The position numbers were made by a program, and so were the translations under genes. A model generated the notes under the pieces. It had not been told where the DNA came from and did no database searches. It saw nothing but the letters and a program-made list of their open reading frames with translations. From NCBI RefSeq assembly GCF_048403405.1, contig NZ_CP183129.1: 64,000 nucleotides of DNA; one strand, 5' to 3'. Below are positions 52,781 through 63,700 of this stretch, piece by piece (position 1 is the first letter of the stretch; every line of letters starts with the position of its first letter). This DNA is from Escherichia coli. GTDB taxonomy: Bacteria; Pseudomonadota; Gammaproteobacteria; Enterobacterales; Enterobacteriaceae.

Positions 52781-53674
52781 ATGAAACCGCAGGTGTACCA
52801 CATCGATGCTTTTACCTCACAACCGTTTCGCGGCAATTCTGCCGGTGTTGTTTTCCCCGCCGATAATCTCAGTGAAGCGCAAATGCAGCTTATCGCCCGC
52901 GAATTAGGTCATTCCGAAACTGCTTTTCTGCTGCACAGCGACGACAGCGATGTGCGCATCCGCTACTTTACGCCAACAGTTGAAGTGCCGATTTGTGGTC
53001 ACGCGACGGTAGCAGCGCATTATGTACGTTCGAAGGTATTAGGTTTGGGAAATTGCACGGTCTGGCAAACATCGCTGGCAGGAAAACACCGCGTGACTAT
53101 AGAAAAGCAAAATGATGATTATCGTATTTCGCTGGAACAAGGTACTCCTGGCTTTGAGCCACCACTGACAGGTGAAACACGAGCGGCAATTATCAACGCG
53201 CTTCATCTCACTGAAGACGATATTCTGCCAGGCTTGCCAATTCAGGTGGCTACCACAGGACACTCAAAAGTGATGATTCCACTGAAGCCGGAAGTGGATA
53301 TCGACGCCCTTTCGCCTGACCTTAATGTGCTGACCGCTATCAGCAAACAGATTGGCTGCAATGGTTTCTTCCCGTTCCAGATCCGCCCTGGCAAAAACGA
53401 AACCGACGGTCGTATGTTCTCGCCTGCCATTGGTATTGTGGAAGATCCGGTGACCGGCAATGCCAATGGCCCGATGGGTGCATGGTTGGTACATCACAAC
53501 GTATTGCCCCACGATGGCAACGTGTTGCATGTTAAAGGCCATCAGGGGCGCGCATTGGGGCGTGACGGCGTGATTGAAGTGACGGTGACAATTCGCAATA
53601 ACCAACCGGAGAAAGTCACCATTTCTGGCACAGCGGTGATTTTGTTTCATGCCGAATGGGCAATTGAACTCTGA
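52781..53674 (+). CDS. yddE: PhzF-family isomerase YddE
   Basis: 297 aa. Confidence 0.88.
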   Translation: MKPQVYHIDAFTSQPFRGNSAGVVFPADNLSEAQMQLIARELGHSETAFLLHSDDSDVRIRYFTPTVEVPICGHATVAAHYVRSKVLGLGNCTVWQTSLAGKHRVTIEKQNDDYRISLEQGTPGFEPPLTGETRAAIINALHLTEDDILPGLPIQVATTGHSKVMIPLKPEVDIDALSPDLNVLTAISKQIGCNGFFPFQIRPGKNETDGRMFSPAIGIVEDPVTGNANGPMGAWLVHHNVLPHDGNVLHVKGHQGRALGRDGVIEVTVTIRNNQPEKVTISGTAVILFHAEWAIEL

Positions 53675-53679
53675 AACCG

Positions 53680-53760
53680 TTGCCTGATGCGCTTCGCTTA
53701 TCAGGTCTACAACCGAGCTAATGTATGCCGGATAAGGCGTTTACGCCGCATCCGGCAACC
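53680..53760. repeat. REP pair (BIME-like) between yddE and nhoA
   Basis: tgcctgatgcgcttcgcttatcaggtctac and gccggataaggcgtttacgccgcatccggca REP-type palindromes. Confidence 0.65.
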
Positions 53761-53769
53761 TGACATAAA

Positions 53770-54615
53770 TTATTTTCCCGCCTCCGGGTGCGTATCAAAC
53801 GCCGCCATCACCAACGCTAACTCATCCACAGTAAAGCCATGTTTCACATCATCCACGCCCAGACCAAACTGTTCTTGCATCACAGCATATAACGACGCCA
53901 CATCCGCTAGATTTCGCTGTTCCACCGCGTGCCCATTTTCATAATGGGTAAAATGAAAATTGGTCAGTGTCAGCTTGCCGCCGTCCGGCAAATGGCGGCA
54001 CATCAGCAAATGATGGCGAAAATGCGACTGCGGCCAGTGTGCAGACCAGAAATTGCCCATTACATAATCGCTTTGTTGCTGCTCGCAGAGATCAAAACGG
54101 TACATCGACTGCCAGTGCTGATGATGATTAAACTGCAACACCCAATCATCACCCTCCTGTAACAACCGATACTCTCCGTGTGGCGTGAACTGCACGAGAT
54201 CGGGAACTAACCGAATCGGCGCGGTTAGCGTCTGTCCACCGAAACCGACATCAGCAATCCATTTTTCCCCTTCCAGTTCCACCAACAGCAAACGATGGGT
54301 GCGCGGCGGTAATGCTGGCGGATTTGATAACACTACGCGCCCTAACAAGCTGCGAACGTTAAACCCCAGCTCGCGTAACACCCGCTCAAACACGCCATTC
54401 TGCTCAAAACAGTAACCGCCACGACGGGCTGTCACCAGTTTCTCTTCCAGCGATTGATCATCAAGCTGTATTTCCCTTGGCAGCAAAACGTCGAGGTTTT
54501 CAAATGGAATGGTGCAATTGTGTTTCAGGTGCAATGCACGCAGCGTATCAATATTGGCCGCAGCAGCTCCCAACCAGTTAATACGGGCAAAATAGTGATT
54601 CAGAATGGGCGTCAT
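53770..54615 (-). CDS. nhoA: N-hydroxyarylamine O-acetyltransferase
   Basis: 281 aa; arylamine N-acetyltransferase family. Confidence 0.92.
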   Translation of the reverse strand: MTPILNHYFARINWLGAAAANIDTLRALHLKHNCTIPFENLDVLLPREIQLDDQSLEEKLVTARRGGYCFEQNGVFERVLRELGFNVRSLLGRVVLSNPPALPPRTHRLLLVELEGEKWIADVGFGGQTLTAPIRLVPDLVQFTPHGEYRLLQEGDDWVLQFNHHQHWQSMYRFDLCEQQQSDYVMGNFWSAHWPQSHFRHHLLMCRHLPDGGKLTLTNFHFTHYENGHAVEQRNLADVASLYAVMQEQFGLGVDDVKHGFTVDELALVMAAFDTHPEAGK

Positions 54616-54789
54616 CAGGCGTTTCCCTTAGTGGTTTTCTCAACTTATAACCTGGAATAGACGCTGCACCGGCTATTTTGTGCGATCGCGGACATGCATC
54701 ACGTTCGCAAATCGCCAATCCCGTTAATTTCGTTACTTATTGCGTTACGAGCTACGCTTTTAAAACACCCTTCATAGCGAGGCGATACC

Positions 54790-55359
54790 GTGAGCCGATT
54801 CATCCCTGTCGAATTACACCATGCCAGCCGTCTGTTAAATCATGGCCCAACTGTCTTGATCACCAGTTTCGATGAGCAATCCCAGCGGCGTAACATTATG
54901 GCAGCCGCCTGGTCAATGCCGGTGGAGTTTGAACCGCCACGCGTGGCGATTGTGGTAGATAAATCGACATGGACCAGGGAGTTGATTGAACGTAATGGTA
55001 AGTTTGGCATCGTTATCCCGGGTGTTGCAGCAACTAACTGGACGTGGGCGGTGGGAAGTGTGTCGGGGCGTGATGAAGATAAGTTTAATTGCTATGGTAT
55101 TCCGGTTGTGAAAGGTCCGGTGCTTGGTTTGCCGCTGGTCGAGGAAAAATGTCTGGCGTGGATGGAGTGTCGCCTGCTACCTGCAACTTCCGCGCAAGAA
55201 AAATACGATACGCTATTTGGCGAAGTGGTATCTGCAGCGGCAGACGCACGAGTATTTGTCGAAGGCCGCTGGCAGTTTGATGATGACAAACTCAATACGT
55301 TGCATCATTTAGGTGCTGGCACGTTTGTTACCAGCGGCCAGCGTGTTACGGCAGGTTAA
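54790..55359 (+). CDS. yddH: Flavin reductase-like protein YddH
   Basis: 189 aa. Confidence 0.85.
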   Translation: MSRFIPVELHHASRLLNHGPTVLITSFDEQSQRRNIMAAAWSMPVEFEPPRVAIVVDKSTWTRELIERNGKFGIVIPGVAATNWTWAVGSVSGRDEDKFNCYGIPVVKGPVLGLPLVEEKCLAWMECRLLPATSAQEKYDTLFGEVVSAAADARVFVEGRWQFDDDKLNTLHHLGAGTFVTSGQRVTAG

Positions 55360-55362
55360 GCA

Positions 55363-55590
55363 TTACATGCTGTAACCGGGTTTCTTTATCAAAGCCTCCA
55401 TTTGGGGCTCGATTTCGGCATCCCAGATAGCTTGCCAAGATTCTGGTTGAATCTGCTGTAGAGAAATGCTTATCGAGCTATCTTTACTGTTCAGATGGCG
55501 AATAATAACGTCGGTAATATCTGCAGCGAGTGCTGCTTTTTGTTGTTCGTCCAGTTCACGCGGAAAACATTTAATGTCTATGTGCGGCAT
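55363..55590 (-). CDS. pptA: Tautomerase PptA (4-oxalocrotonate tautomerase family, Pro1 after Met)
   Basis: 75 aa from [17 protein letters not shown]…. Confidence 0.85.
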   Translation of the reverse strand: MPHIDIKCFPRELDEQQKAALAADITDVIIRHLNSKDSSISISLQQIQPESWQAIWDAEIEPQMEALIKKPGYSM

Positions 55591-55895
55591 GATTGTGCTC
55601 CTTTTGAAAGATGTCAGTAAAATTAACACACGTTGTGAATGTCGTGTGTCCGGTAATGCGTTTTTACGGCAATAATGCCTACTTGAAATTGTACATATTT
55701 GTACTACACACTTTTAAATAAAGCGCCAATGAAAACGTTAACTTGCAGAATATATTCTTCGCCAACATGCCATTAAGAAAACATCAAGTTCCCGGCTTGC
55801 CAATTGGTTAACGCCCATTATAGTTATTCTTGCCCTCACTAAAAATTTTCATCCGTAATTACCCCCAATAAAAATCCATTCTGGAGACGCTTAAG

Positions 55896-57872
55896 ATGCA
55901 GCTTAATCATATCGTTAAAAGTCTGCTAATAACGGGATTATTCACCACCAGTTCTTTACCTCTCCTCGCGGCGGAAGCTCCTAAAGACGCCACCGCAGCC
56001 ACGCAACAAGCAAACAATTTACTCTACAACCAGTTGCCGTTTGCCGATAACACTGACTTTACTGATGCCCATAAAGGTTTTATTGCCCCTATCCCTCAAG
56101 ACGTGATTAAGGGCGAACAAGGGAATGTTATCTGGGATCCACAACATTACGCTTTTATCAAAGAAGGCGATAAAGCCCCTGATACGGTGAATCCGAGTTT
56201 ATGGCGTCAGGCGCAACTGATAAATATCAGCGGGTTATTCGAAGTAACTGAAGGTGTCTATCAGATTCGCAATCTCGATCTATCAAATATGACCATCATT
56301 GAAGGCAAAGAGGGTATTACCGTCGTTGATCCCCTTGTTTCAGCAGAAACAGCCAAAGTGGGTATGGATCTCTATTACAAAAATCGCGGCAAAAAACCGG
56401 TAGTGGCGGTTATCTATACACACAGTCATGTCGATCACTACGGTGGTGTTCGTGGCGTAATTGATGAAGCTGACGTTAAATCAGGCAAAGTTAAAATCTA
56501 TGCGCCAGCCGGATTTTTGGAGGAAGCCGTTTCCGAAAACATCATGGCTGGCAATGTTATGAGCCGACGAGCCAGTTATATGTATGGCAACTTATTGAAA
56601 CCTGATGTTAAAGGCCAGGTGGGGGCTGGACTGGGAACGACTACTTCAGCAGGAACAGTCACGTTGATTGCTCCTACTAACTACATCACCAAAACCGGAC
56701 AAAAAGAAACTATTGACGGGTTGACTTATGATTTCCTGATGGCGCCAGGTTCTGAAGCGCCTTCTGAAATGCTGTGGTTTATTGAAGAAAAGAAACTGAT
56801 CGAAACCGCTGAAGATGTCACGCACACCCTTCATAACACCTATTCGCTGCGTGGGGCTAAAATTCGCCAACCGCTGCCGTGGTCAAAATATATTAATGAA
56901 GCTCTCAATTTGTGGGGTGATAAAGCCGAGATTATTCTCGCTCAACATCACTGGCCAACCTGGGGCAACGATAACGTGGTCAAACTGCTTAAAAGCCAGC
57001 GTGATTTGTATCGTTACATCAATGATCAAACTCTGCGCATGGCTAATCAAGGGATGACCCGTGATGAAATTGCCGCAAACTTTAAACTGCCCTCTTCACT
57101 GGCTAACACCTGGGCGAATCGCGGCTATTACGGTTCGGTAAGTCATGACGTGAAAGCAACTTACGTGCTTTATCTCGGCTGGTTTGATGGTAACCCCGCG
57201 ACGCTTGATGAACTGCCGCCAGAAGAAGGCGCAAAAAAATTCGTCGAGTATATGGGCGGTGCTGATGCCATTTTACAGAAAGCCAAACAGGATTATGACC
57301 AGGGTAATTTCCGCTGGGTTGCCCAAGTTGTTAGTAAGGTGGTGTTTGCCGATCCAAACAACCAGGCAGCGAGAGATCTGGAAGCTGATGCGCTTGAGCA
57401 GTTAGGCTATCAGGCTGAATCTGGGCCGTGGCGTAATTTCTATCTCACTGGTGCACAGGAATTGCGTAATGGCGTACAAAAATTACCAACACCAAATACT
57501 GCCAGCCCAGACACCGTGCGTGCGATGACGCCGGAGATGTTCTTTGATTATCTTGCCGTCCATATTAATGGTGAGAAAGCGGCAGATGCCAAAACCGTGT
57601 TGAATTTCGATTTTGGTGAAGATGGCGGCACCTATAAAGTGGAGCTTGAAAATGGTGTTCTCAATCATACCGCTGGTGTAGAGGCTTCGGATGCTGATGC
57701 CACTATCACTCTGTCTCGTGATGTATTGAACAAAATTGTACTGAAAGAAGAGACGCTGAAAGAAGCCACGGCCAAAGGAGATGTCAAAATTACTGGCAAT
57801 GAGGAAAAACTCAACGAGCTGTTAGGTTATATGGATAATTTTGAATTTTGGTTCAATATAGTGACACCATAA
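55896..57872 (+). CDS. Periplasmic alkyl/aryl sulfatase (metallo-beta-lactamase fold, SdsA1/YjcS-like)
   Basis: 658 aa; signal peptide; metallo-beta-lactamase HxHxDH motif (YTHSHVDHYGG); C-terminal SCP2-like region. Confidence 0.8.
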   Translation: MQLNHIVKSLLITGLFTTSSLPLLAAEAPKDATAATQQANNLLYNQLPFADNTDFTDAHKGFIAPIPQDVIKGEQGNVIWDPQHYAFIKEGDKAPDTVNPSLWRQAQLINISGLFEVTEGVYQIRNLDLSNMTIIEGKEGITVVDPLVSAETAKVGMDLYYKNRGKKPVVAVIYTHSHVDHYGGVRGVIDEADVKSGKVKIYAPAGFLEEAVSENIMAGNVMSRRASYMYGNLLKPDVKGQVGAGLGTTTSAGTVTLIAPTNYITKTGQKETIDGLTYDFLMAPGSEAPSEMLWFIEEKKLIETAEDVTHTLHNTYSLRGAKIRQPLPWSKYINEALNLWGDKAEIILAQHHWPTWGNDNVVKLLKSQRDLYRYINDQTLRMANQGMTRDEIAANFKLPSSLANTWANRGYYGSVSHDVKATYVLYLGWFDGNPATLDELPPEEGAKKFVEYMGGADAILQKAKQDYDQGNFRWVAQVVSKVVFADPNNQAARDLEADALEQLGYQAESGPWRNFYLTGAQELRNGVQKLPTPNTASPDTVRAMTPEMFFDYLAVHINGEKAADAKTVLNFDFGEDGGTYKVELENGVLNHTAGVEASDADATITLSRDVLNKIVLKEETLKEATAKGDVKITGNEEKLNELLGYMDNFEFWFNIVTP

Positions 57873-57886
57873 ATTTACTGCATACC

Positions 57887-57909
57887 GGGCAGGTATCCTG
57901 CCCTTTTTT
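57887..57909 (+). terminator. Rho-independent terminator after the alkyl sulfatase gene (gggcagg/cctgccc plus tttttt)
   Basis: Read directly. Confidence 0.7.
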
Positions 57910-57918
57910 GGTTAAAAA

Positions 57919-59016
57919 ATGGCTGAACGAAGAAAAACGCATCACTCATGGAAAACCCGCCGCGATATGGTTATTCGCGGCATGACGATTAGTTTGCCAT
58001 GGTTTGCTTTTATCAATGTCAGTTTTGCATTGATAATTTTGCTGCGCCGTGTTCTGTTTAATGACCTTACTCCACCCTGGTTAAATGAAAAAAGCCTTAT
58101 ACATTCTATTGATATATCTGCAACGGGTATTCTGCTGATTTGCAGTGGTTTACTACTCATCCCTCGGCAAAAAACATTACCTATCCAGGTGCTATTAGTT
58201 GCCCTGAGCCTGCTATGGTCATGGTGTAGTTATCACTTTATTGCGTACTGGACGCTGCAGTTTGCTTATCCACTATGTGTATTATTAATGCTTAGTGGCG
58301 TTGTCGCACTTTATTTCCATACCCCATCATTGCTCGCATTTGTCATTCCCTTATGGTTCACCACTCCAATAGCGAGTCTTATGCTTAATCAACAGATCAA
58401 TATTCATTTTGCTGTTGTATGGTGTATTTTTTCACTGGCGCTATATGGTGGGCGACTCATTTTGTTACGTTGGTTTGAAGAAGCATGGGTACAAAACAGT
58501 TATAACAACCAGTTAATTAATCGCCTTGATGCATTAGCACATCGTGATCCTTTAACTGGGATAGCAAACCGACGTGCAATGAACAGTATCTTACACGACG
58601 CGATGGATAACGGCGGGTCATTTGCTCTTATTATGCTGGATGTCGATTTTTTTAAACGTTACAACGACACTTACGGGCATCCTGCTGGGGATCGTTGTCT
58701 AATACAAGTTGCCGACGCTCTACAGCGTTCAACTCGCCAGTCGGAGGATGTTGTTGTCCGTTATGGTGGCGAAGAGTTTGCCATCATACTTTTTAATGCA
58801 ACATTGCCGGAAGCAGAGACGGTAGCAGCCAGAGTGAAGCAAGAACTTAAACTGGCAGCTATCCCACATCAGGCATCTGCTGTTAATGCATTTGTTACGG
58901 TTAGTCAGGGGATTACCTGTTCTGCTCCCGCAAAAACGGCTGAACAAATTATTTCAGATGCCGACGCTGCGTTATACCGGGCGAAAGAAAGTGGGCGAAA
59001 TCGATGGGCTTTATAA
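57919..59016 (+). CDS. Membrane-anchored GGDEF diguanylate cyclase; start codon uncertain (could be the internal MVIRGMTISL)
   Basis: Several N-terminal TM helices and a C-terminal GGDEF domain with an intact RYGGEEF active site. Confidence 0.8.
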   Translation: MAERRKTHHSWKTRRDMVIRGMTISLPWFAFINVSFALIILLRRVLFNDLTPPWLNEKSLIHSIDISATGILLICSGLLLIPRQKTLPIQVLLVALSLLWSWCSYHFIAYWTLQFAYPLCVLLMLSGVVALYFHTPSLLAFVIPLWFTTPIASLMLNQQINIHFAVVWCIFSLALYGGRLILLRWFEEAWVQNSYNNQLINRLDALAHRDPLTGIANRRAMNSILHDAMDNGGSFALIMLDVDFFKRYNDTYGHPAGDRCLIQVADALQRSTRQSEDVVVRYGGEEFAIILFNATLPEAETVAARVKQELKLAAIPHQASAVNAFVTVSQGITCSAPAKTAEQIISDADAALYRAKESGRNRWAL

Positions 59017-59089
59017 GCATTAGGGGACTGGACAGATTACGTCTCTCCTCGCTTAACAAGGGCTGACGGAGGGTAATAATTGTCTATAG

Positions 59090-59641
59090 CTATCTTCTTA
59101 GCGATGTCTTTCTGGTATCACATTGGATCGGTGCAATTATTTTTCCTTTAATACCCATTATGTTAAGAAATTCAGAAACAGCTGTAATCTCATTGTTTTT
59201 TTCATTCGTCTTGATCTTACAAGGAATCTGACTGTGCATTATTGAGAACACACTAATAACGTGAATCGCTCCCTTGCGACGACTCTTGTCATAAGAGTAC
59301 CGGAGCGTTTTTCCATCAATTGCAATGACGTCTTTATCATCTGAAGAATGGCAGTCAAGCATCCAGTTAATAAAGCACTCATGAAATTTTTCAGGACTGA
59401 TACAGGATACAACTCTGGCAATGGTATCGTGAACAGGAATACCATTATCAAAATCACCATATTGCTTCAAAAAATCGAGATGTGTTTCCCCAAAATCCTC
59501 TATATCTTCCCAGCCTTCTGCACCCGAAATAACGGCACAAATAGTCAACAGTAGAATATCCGATAATTTATGTTCCACTTTCCAGGCTTGTCTGTAATCG
59601 GGGATAATAGAAATATGTCCCATCAATTTTTTAAGTTCCAT
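59090..59641 (-). mobile_element. H-repeat-associated (ISAs1-family) transposase remnant, N-terminal 183 codons only, frameshifted and truncated
   Basis: [51 protein letters not shown]… matches the conserved H-rpt N-terminus; the DDE catalytic region is absent. Confidence 0.8.
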
Positions 59642-60226
59642 TTTGTTCTCCTTAATTATGTAAGGAGTATTTGATCATGTATACGCAATAAAAAACAGCT
59701 TCAGGTAATGAGGAATATCTCAATTGTTAAACATAAAATGCGAATTGTCTAGTACAAAAAAGCAGCGTTACGTGATCTTTCCGTGGATCGTCAAATTGTT
59801 CGAGAGAAAATACCAACATGATGGATTTTACTGTAAAAGTAATGTCGTAGTTTAAAAACTCATCATCCGGTAAAGCCTTGTGGGGCGTGGGCTTTCATAC
59901 TTTTACCCTGATGTCTGCTATACGCCGGACACCCTTTACGTAGCATTCGGAATTCACCCGTAAATTTATCACGGCGGTATCACGAAACCTCCGGTTCTGA
60001 TGCCGCTTAGGACTAACGACACGTCAACACAGGTTCGGGTTTATTCATTTCACTGTATCTCATATAATCTGAGCACTCCCCCTGCGCTCGCTACTATGAC
60101 TCTTTACCACAGCAACCGGGGTTGTTTGGGATCGGCTTTCAACAGCAGATCCCGGTGGCTATTGCAAGTAAGTCTACTTTCCACATCAGTGTTACTGACA
60201 CAGAAAATAATGAGTTATGATCCTTG

Positions 60227-60712
60227 TCATATTTTTAATATAGCCCCATGAGCTATAGGATCAAAACCTTCTAACCATGAGGTGTTTTTATCGAATAATG
60301 CACCTGTTATATTTATATCGCCATATCTATCACATAATAAATTAGCGCCACATAAGTCAGCACCAGAAAAATTTGAATCTTTAACGTCTGCATTGCAAAA
60401 GGTTGAATTAGTTAATATAGCACCCTCAAAGTTTGCACCTATTGACCTTGAATTACTAAAGTCACTTCCAGTGAAATCTGAGTTATTAAGAATAGCGTTC
60501 ATCAGAGCCGCATTGCGAAAGACAGCATTTCTAGTTGATGTATGTTGAATCATTACATTTCTTAAATGGGAATTTTCAAATTTCGCCCCATCAAGACAAT
60601 AACCATTGAGGATGGCACGATGTAGATCCATCCCGCTAAAATCATATCCAGCAAGAGTGGTACTATCTATATCAAGAAATTTATTGGTTATTAAAAACGC
60701 GATTCTTATCAT
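60227..60712 (-). CDS. Pentapeptide-repeat protein, putative Rhs immunity protein (K-12 ydcD position)
   Basis: 161 aa; tandem A(D/N)(L/F)xx pentapeptides ([25 protein letters not shown] …); start overlaps the Rhs stop by 4 nt. Confidence 0.75.
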   Translation of the reverse strand: MIRIAFLITNKFLDIDSTTLAGYDFSGMDLHRAILNGYCLDGAKFENSHLRNVMIQHTSTRNAVFRNAALMNAILNNSDFTGSDFSNSRSIGANFEGAILTNSTFCNADVKDSNFSGADLCGANLLCDRYGDINITGALFDKNTSWLEGFDPIAHGAILKI

Positions 60713-63700
60713 CTATTCCCCCAATCATCTAACTCCGGAAAAATTTGGCTAAACGGATATAGTGGTGCCGATAATGGACGCGTACCTGGCCGCTCAGGAG
60801 GAAGTTTATCACATAACAGACCCGCAACCATCCTGTGATTACCATTAACAATCACATTCCCATCCATATCAACCGGTGGTGCTCCACTACCATCTTCCAG
60901 CATTTGTACGTAGTGAGCTACTACGGGTACTGAGACTTTTTGTTGTACTGTCAACAAGGGACTGTTGGCCACAACCATCCTGATGTTTTCAGGTGTCGTA
61001 GGTAAACATTTAGTCTTCTCTTGACTAAAGGTATCATCCCACAATTTTGTTAAACCCATCACTGCCTGTTGTCTGTATTTATCCATGGGGTCAGCAATCA
61101 ACCAAGATGGACCTGACTGCTCTATGGAATCTTCTCCGGAGAGACCCAACGGATCTATCTTAGTAGTTGGATTCAATGGATACTGATACAGGTTCCATGC
61201 ACCTCTTAGCCCAATGGGATCCTGGGTGATATACCGCCCCTGCAACGGGTCATAGTACCGGTTGCGGTTATAGTACAGCCCCGACTCCTCATCATACTGC
61301 TGCCCCGGCAGACGGTACGGCTGTTGCAGTTGCTGCGCGCTGGTTTCGCCCAGCAGGTTTCCCCACTCGTCATACTCCCCCTGCCACGCCGTTTCCCCTT
61401 CCGGGCTGATGAGCGCCTGCGGCAGCCCCCGGTGGTCGCAGTGGTAAAGATGAAGTGTCCTCTCCGGGATGTATTCCGCCTCCATCTGGTTTTTCATCTG
61501 TTCCGCCGTCAGCCCGCACTGCTGAAGCCATGCCTCACTCTCCGCACTCACCGCACCCGCGCGCAGTTCCCGCTCCAGCCTCCCCAGCATCACCGACAGC
61601 TCCGCCGGTAGCGTCACCCCCGTGTCCTCCTGCAACACCTCCGCCAGACTCCGGTGCCGCGCCTTCGCCTGTTCACCATTCTCTGTTTCGATTCTGATGA
61701 GCGGCGTGAAGCTCCCCGGCTGGTATACCGTCTGGATACGCGTGGTGCCGGTCTGTACCGTCGTCAGCCTGTCACCGTCCCACCCGTACCAGGTCTCCTC
61801 CGGTTTACGCGACAGCGACATCCACCCCGTCAGGTCACGCTCCCGCCGCCACACCCGTTTCCCCGTCCGGCGGCCCAGCGGGTCATAGAGGTAGCGGCTC
61901 TCCACCTGTGGCTCGCCGTGCTGTATCCGCGTGTAGAACACCAGGCGGTGCTGGCTGTCGTAATGGTAGTGGTGCGTCCGCTCGTCGTGCATCCGTATCA
62001 CCCCTTCCGGGATACGGTCCGTCTTCTCCGCCAGCCTGCCGTATTCATCGTAGCGGTAGACATAGTGCGCATCTTCCGTGATGCGGTTATCCGGCCACGC
62101 CGTGAAGGTGCTGTCCGGGTGCAGTTCCGGGTCCGGCAGCCGGTTTCCTGCCGGGTCCGTCGCATACGGGATATCGATATCCAGGTTCGCCGCCGTGGTG
62201 TGAACGCCCGTCAGTCTTCCCGTGTCGCTGTAACGGTACTTCCGGCTCTCCTGCGGGCCGCTGATGCGCACCAGTTGCCCGTTATCGTTCCACGTATACT
62301 CACGGTCAAGCTGCGGAAGGTTCAGGTGCCTGCTCCGGAGCTGCCCTGTGAGGGTGTACGCCGTGGCCTGTTCGTACCCCGCTGTACTGCCCGCCCCGCC
62401 GAAGCTGCGGGCCGTCTCACGGTGCAGCCGGTCCCGCGTGTACTCGACCAGCGGCGTTCCGCCCAGCTTCATCCCCGCAAGATAACCGCTGCCATACGTC
62501 AGCCACTCCACCGGCGGCAGACCGTCCGGCTCCTGACGGGTCGCCAGCCCCTGTTCGCTGTAGACGTGCCTCGTCTCATGCTCCCACAGCATCTCCCCCG
62601 TCTCCTGGTTCTCCACCGTCTGCCGTTCGCCCGTCAGGCGGCCTTTATCGTCATAGCCGTAGTGGACCGCCACACGGTGGCCTTCGCTCAGGTGGCTGAT
62701 TTCTGTCAGCCAGCCGTGGTCGTCATACTGCCACTGCTCCGCCGGGTCGCCGTTCACCGTCCGGTGCGTGATGCGCCCGGCGTCATCGTAGTACCACTGC
62801 GTGACCTGCCCCTCATCCTCGCTGCGGATGAGCTGCCCTGTGGCGCTGTACCGGTAACGCTGTGTCCTGCCGTCAAAGCCGCGCTGCTCCGTCAGCCTGT
62901 CCACCGGGTCATACCGGAACGTGGACTGGCTGCCGTTCTCGTTGGTCAGCACGGTGATGCGCCCGGCGGCGTCATACTCCATGCTGCGCGTCAGTCCGCC
63001 CTGCGTGGTGCTGACGGCCTTTCCCCACGCATCATACTGTGTCTCACTCCGGCTGCCGTTCGGGGCAATGATAGCGGTGAGGTCGCCTGCGGCGCTGTAC
63101 TCATAACGGGTTTCACGTCCCTGCGCATCCTTCTGACTGACCAGTTGACCACGCGGGTTATAACTGCTGTAAGTGCTGATGCCTTCCTCCCGGTGAACCG
63201 CCGTCCTCTGACCGTACCGGTCGTATTCATACCGCGTCGTGTACCCTGAACAGTCCGTAAATGCCTGAAGCTGACCGTACCGGTTTCGCGTTATTCTCCG
63301 CCTCACCCCGGTTCCGTCTTCCACCGCACAGGGCAGGCCACTGCGGGAAGAATCATAAAACCAGCGCGTAATGTTACCGTTGCGCGAGACCTCTTCCGCC
63401 AGCCTGCCCTGACGGTCATATTTCCGGCTGCGGCGCAGCCCGTCCGGGTACGTCACTGACGTCAGTTGCAACTGGTTGTTGTAACCATACCGTACCGTCC
63501 TGCCGTCCGGCAGTATCACTGAAGTCAGCTTTCCCGACGCCATATGCAGCCGGTACTCCGTCCGCCGTCCCGCCGCATCCGTCTGCGCCTTCAGCCTCCC
63601 CGCCTCATCATACTCGCTGCGGGTGATGCTCCCGTCCCCATACTCCTTCTTCACCACCCGCTTCAGGCCGCCCTCGCCCTCCGTGTACAGCACCTCCCGC

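Noticed and set aside
60000-60251. 83-aa plus-strand ORF in the gap between the H-rpt remnant and the immunity gene
   Set aside because: No RBS; overlaps the immunity gene end on the opposite strand; sequence looks like random translation. The region is reported only as an unexplained non-coding stretch.
61654-63249. 531-aa plus-strand ORF inside the Rhs core
   Set aside because: Antisense to the GC-rich Rhs YD-repeat coding region; Pro/Arg/Val-rich composition is an artefact of high GC with no stop codons.
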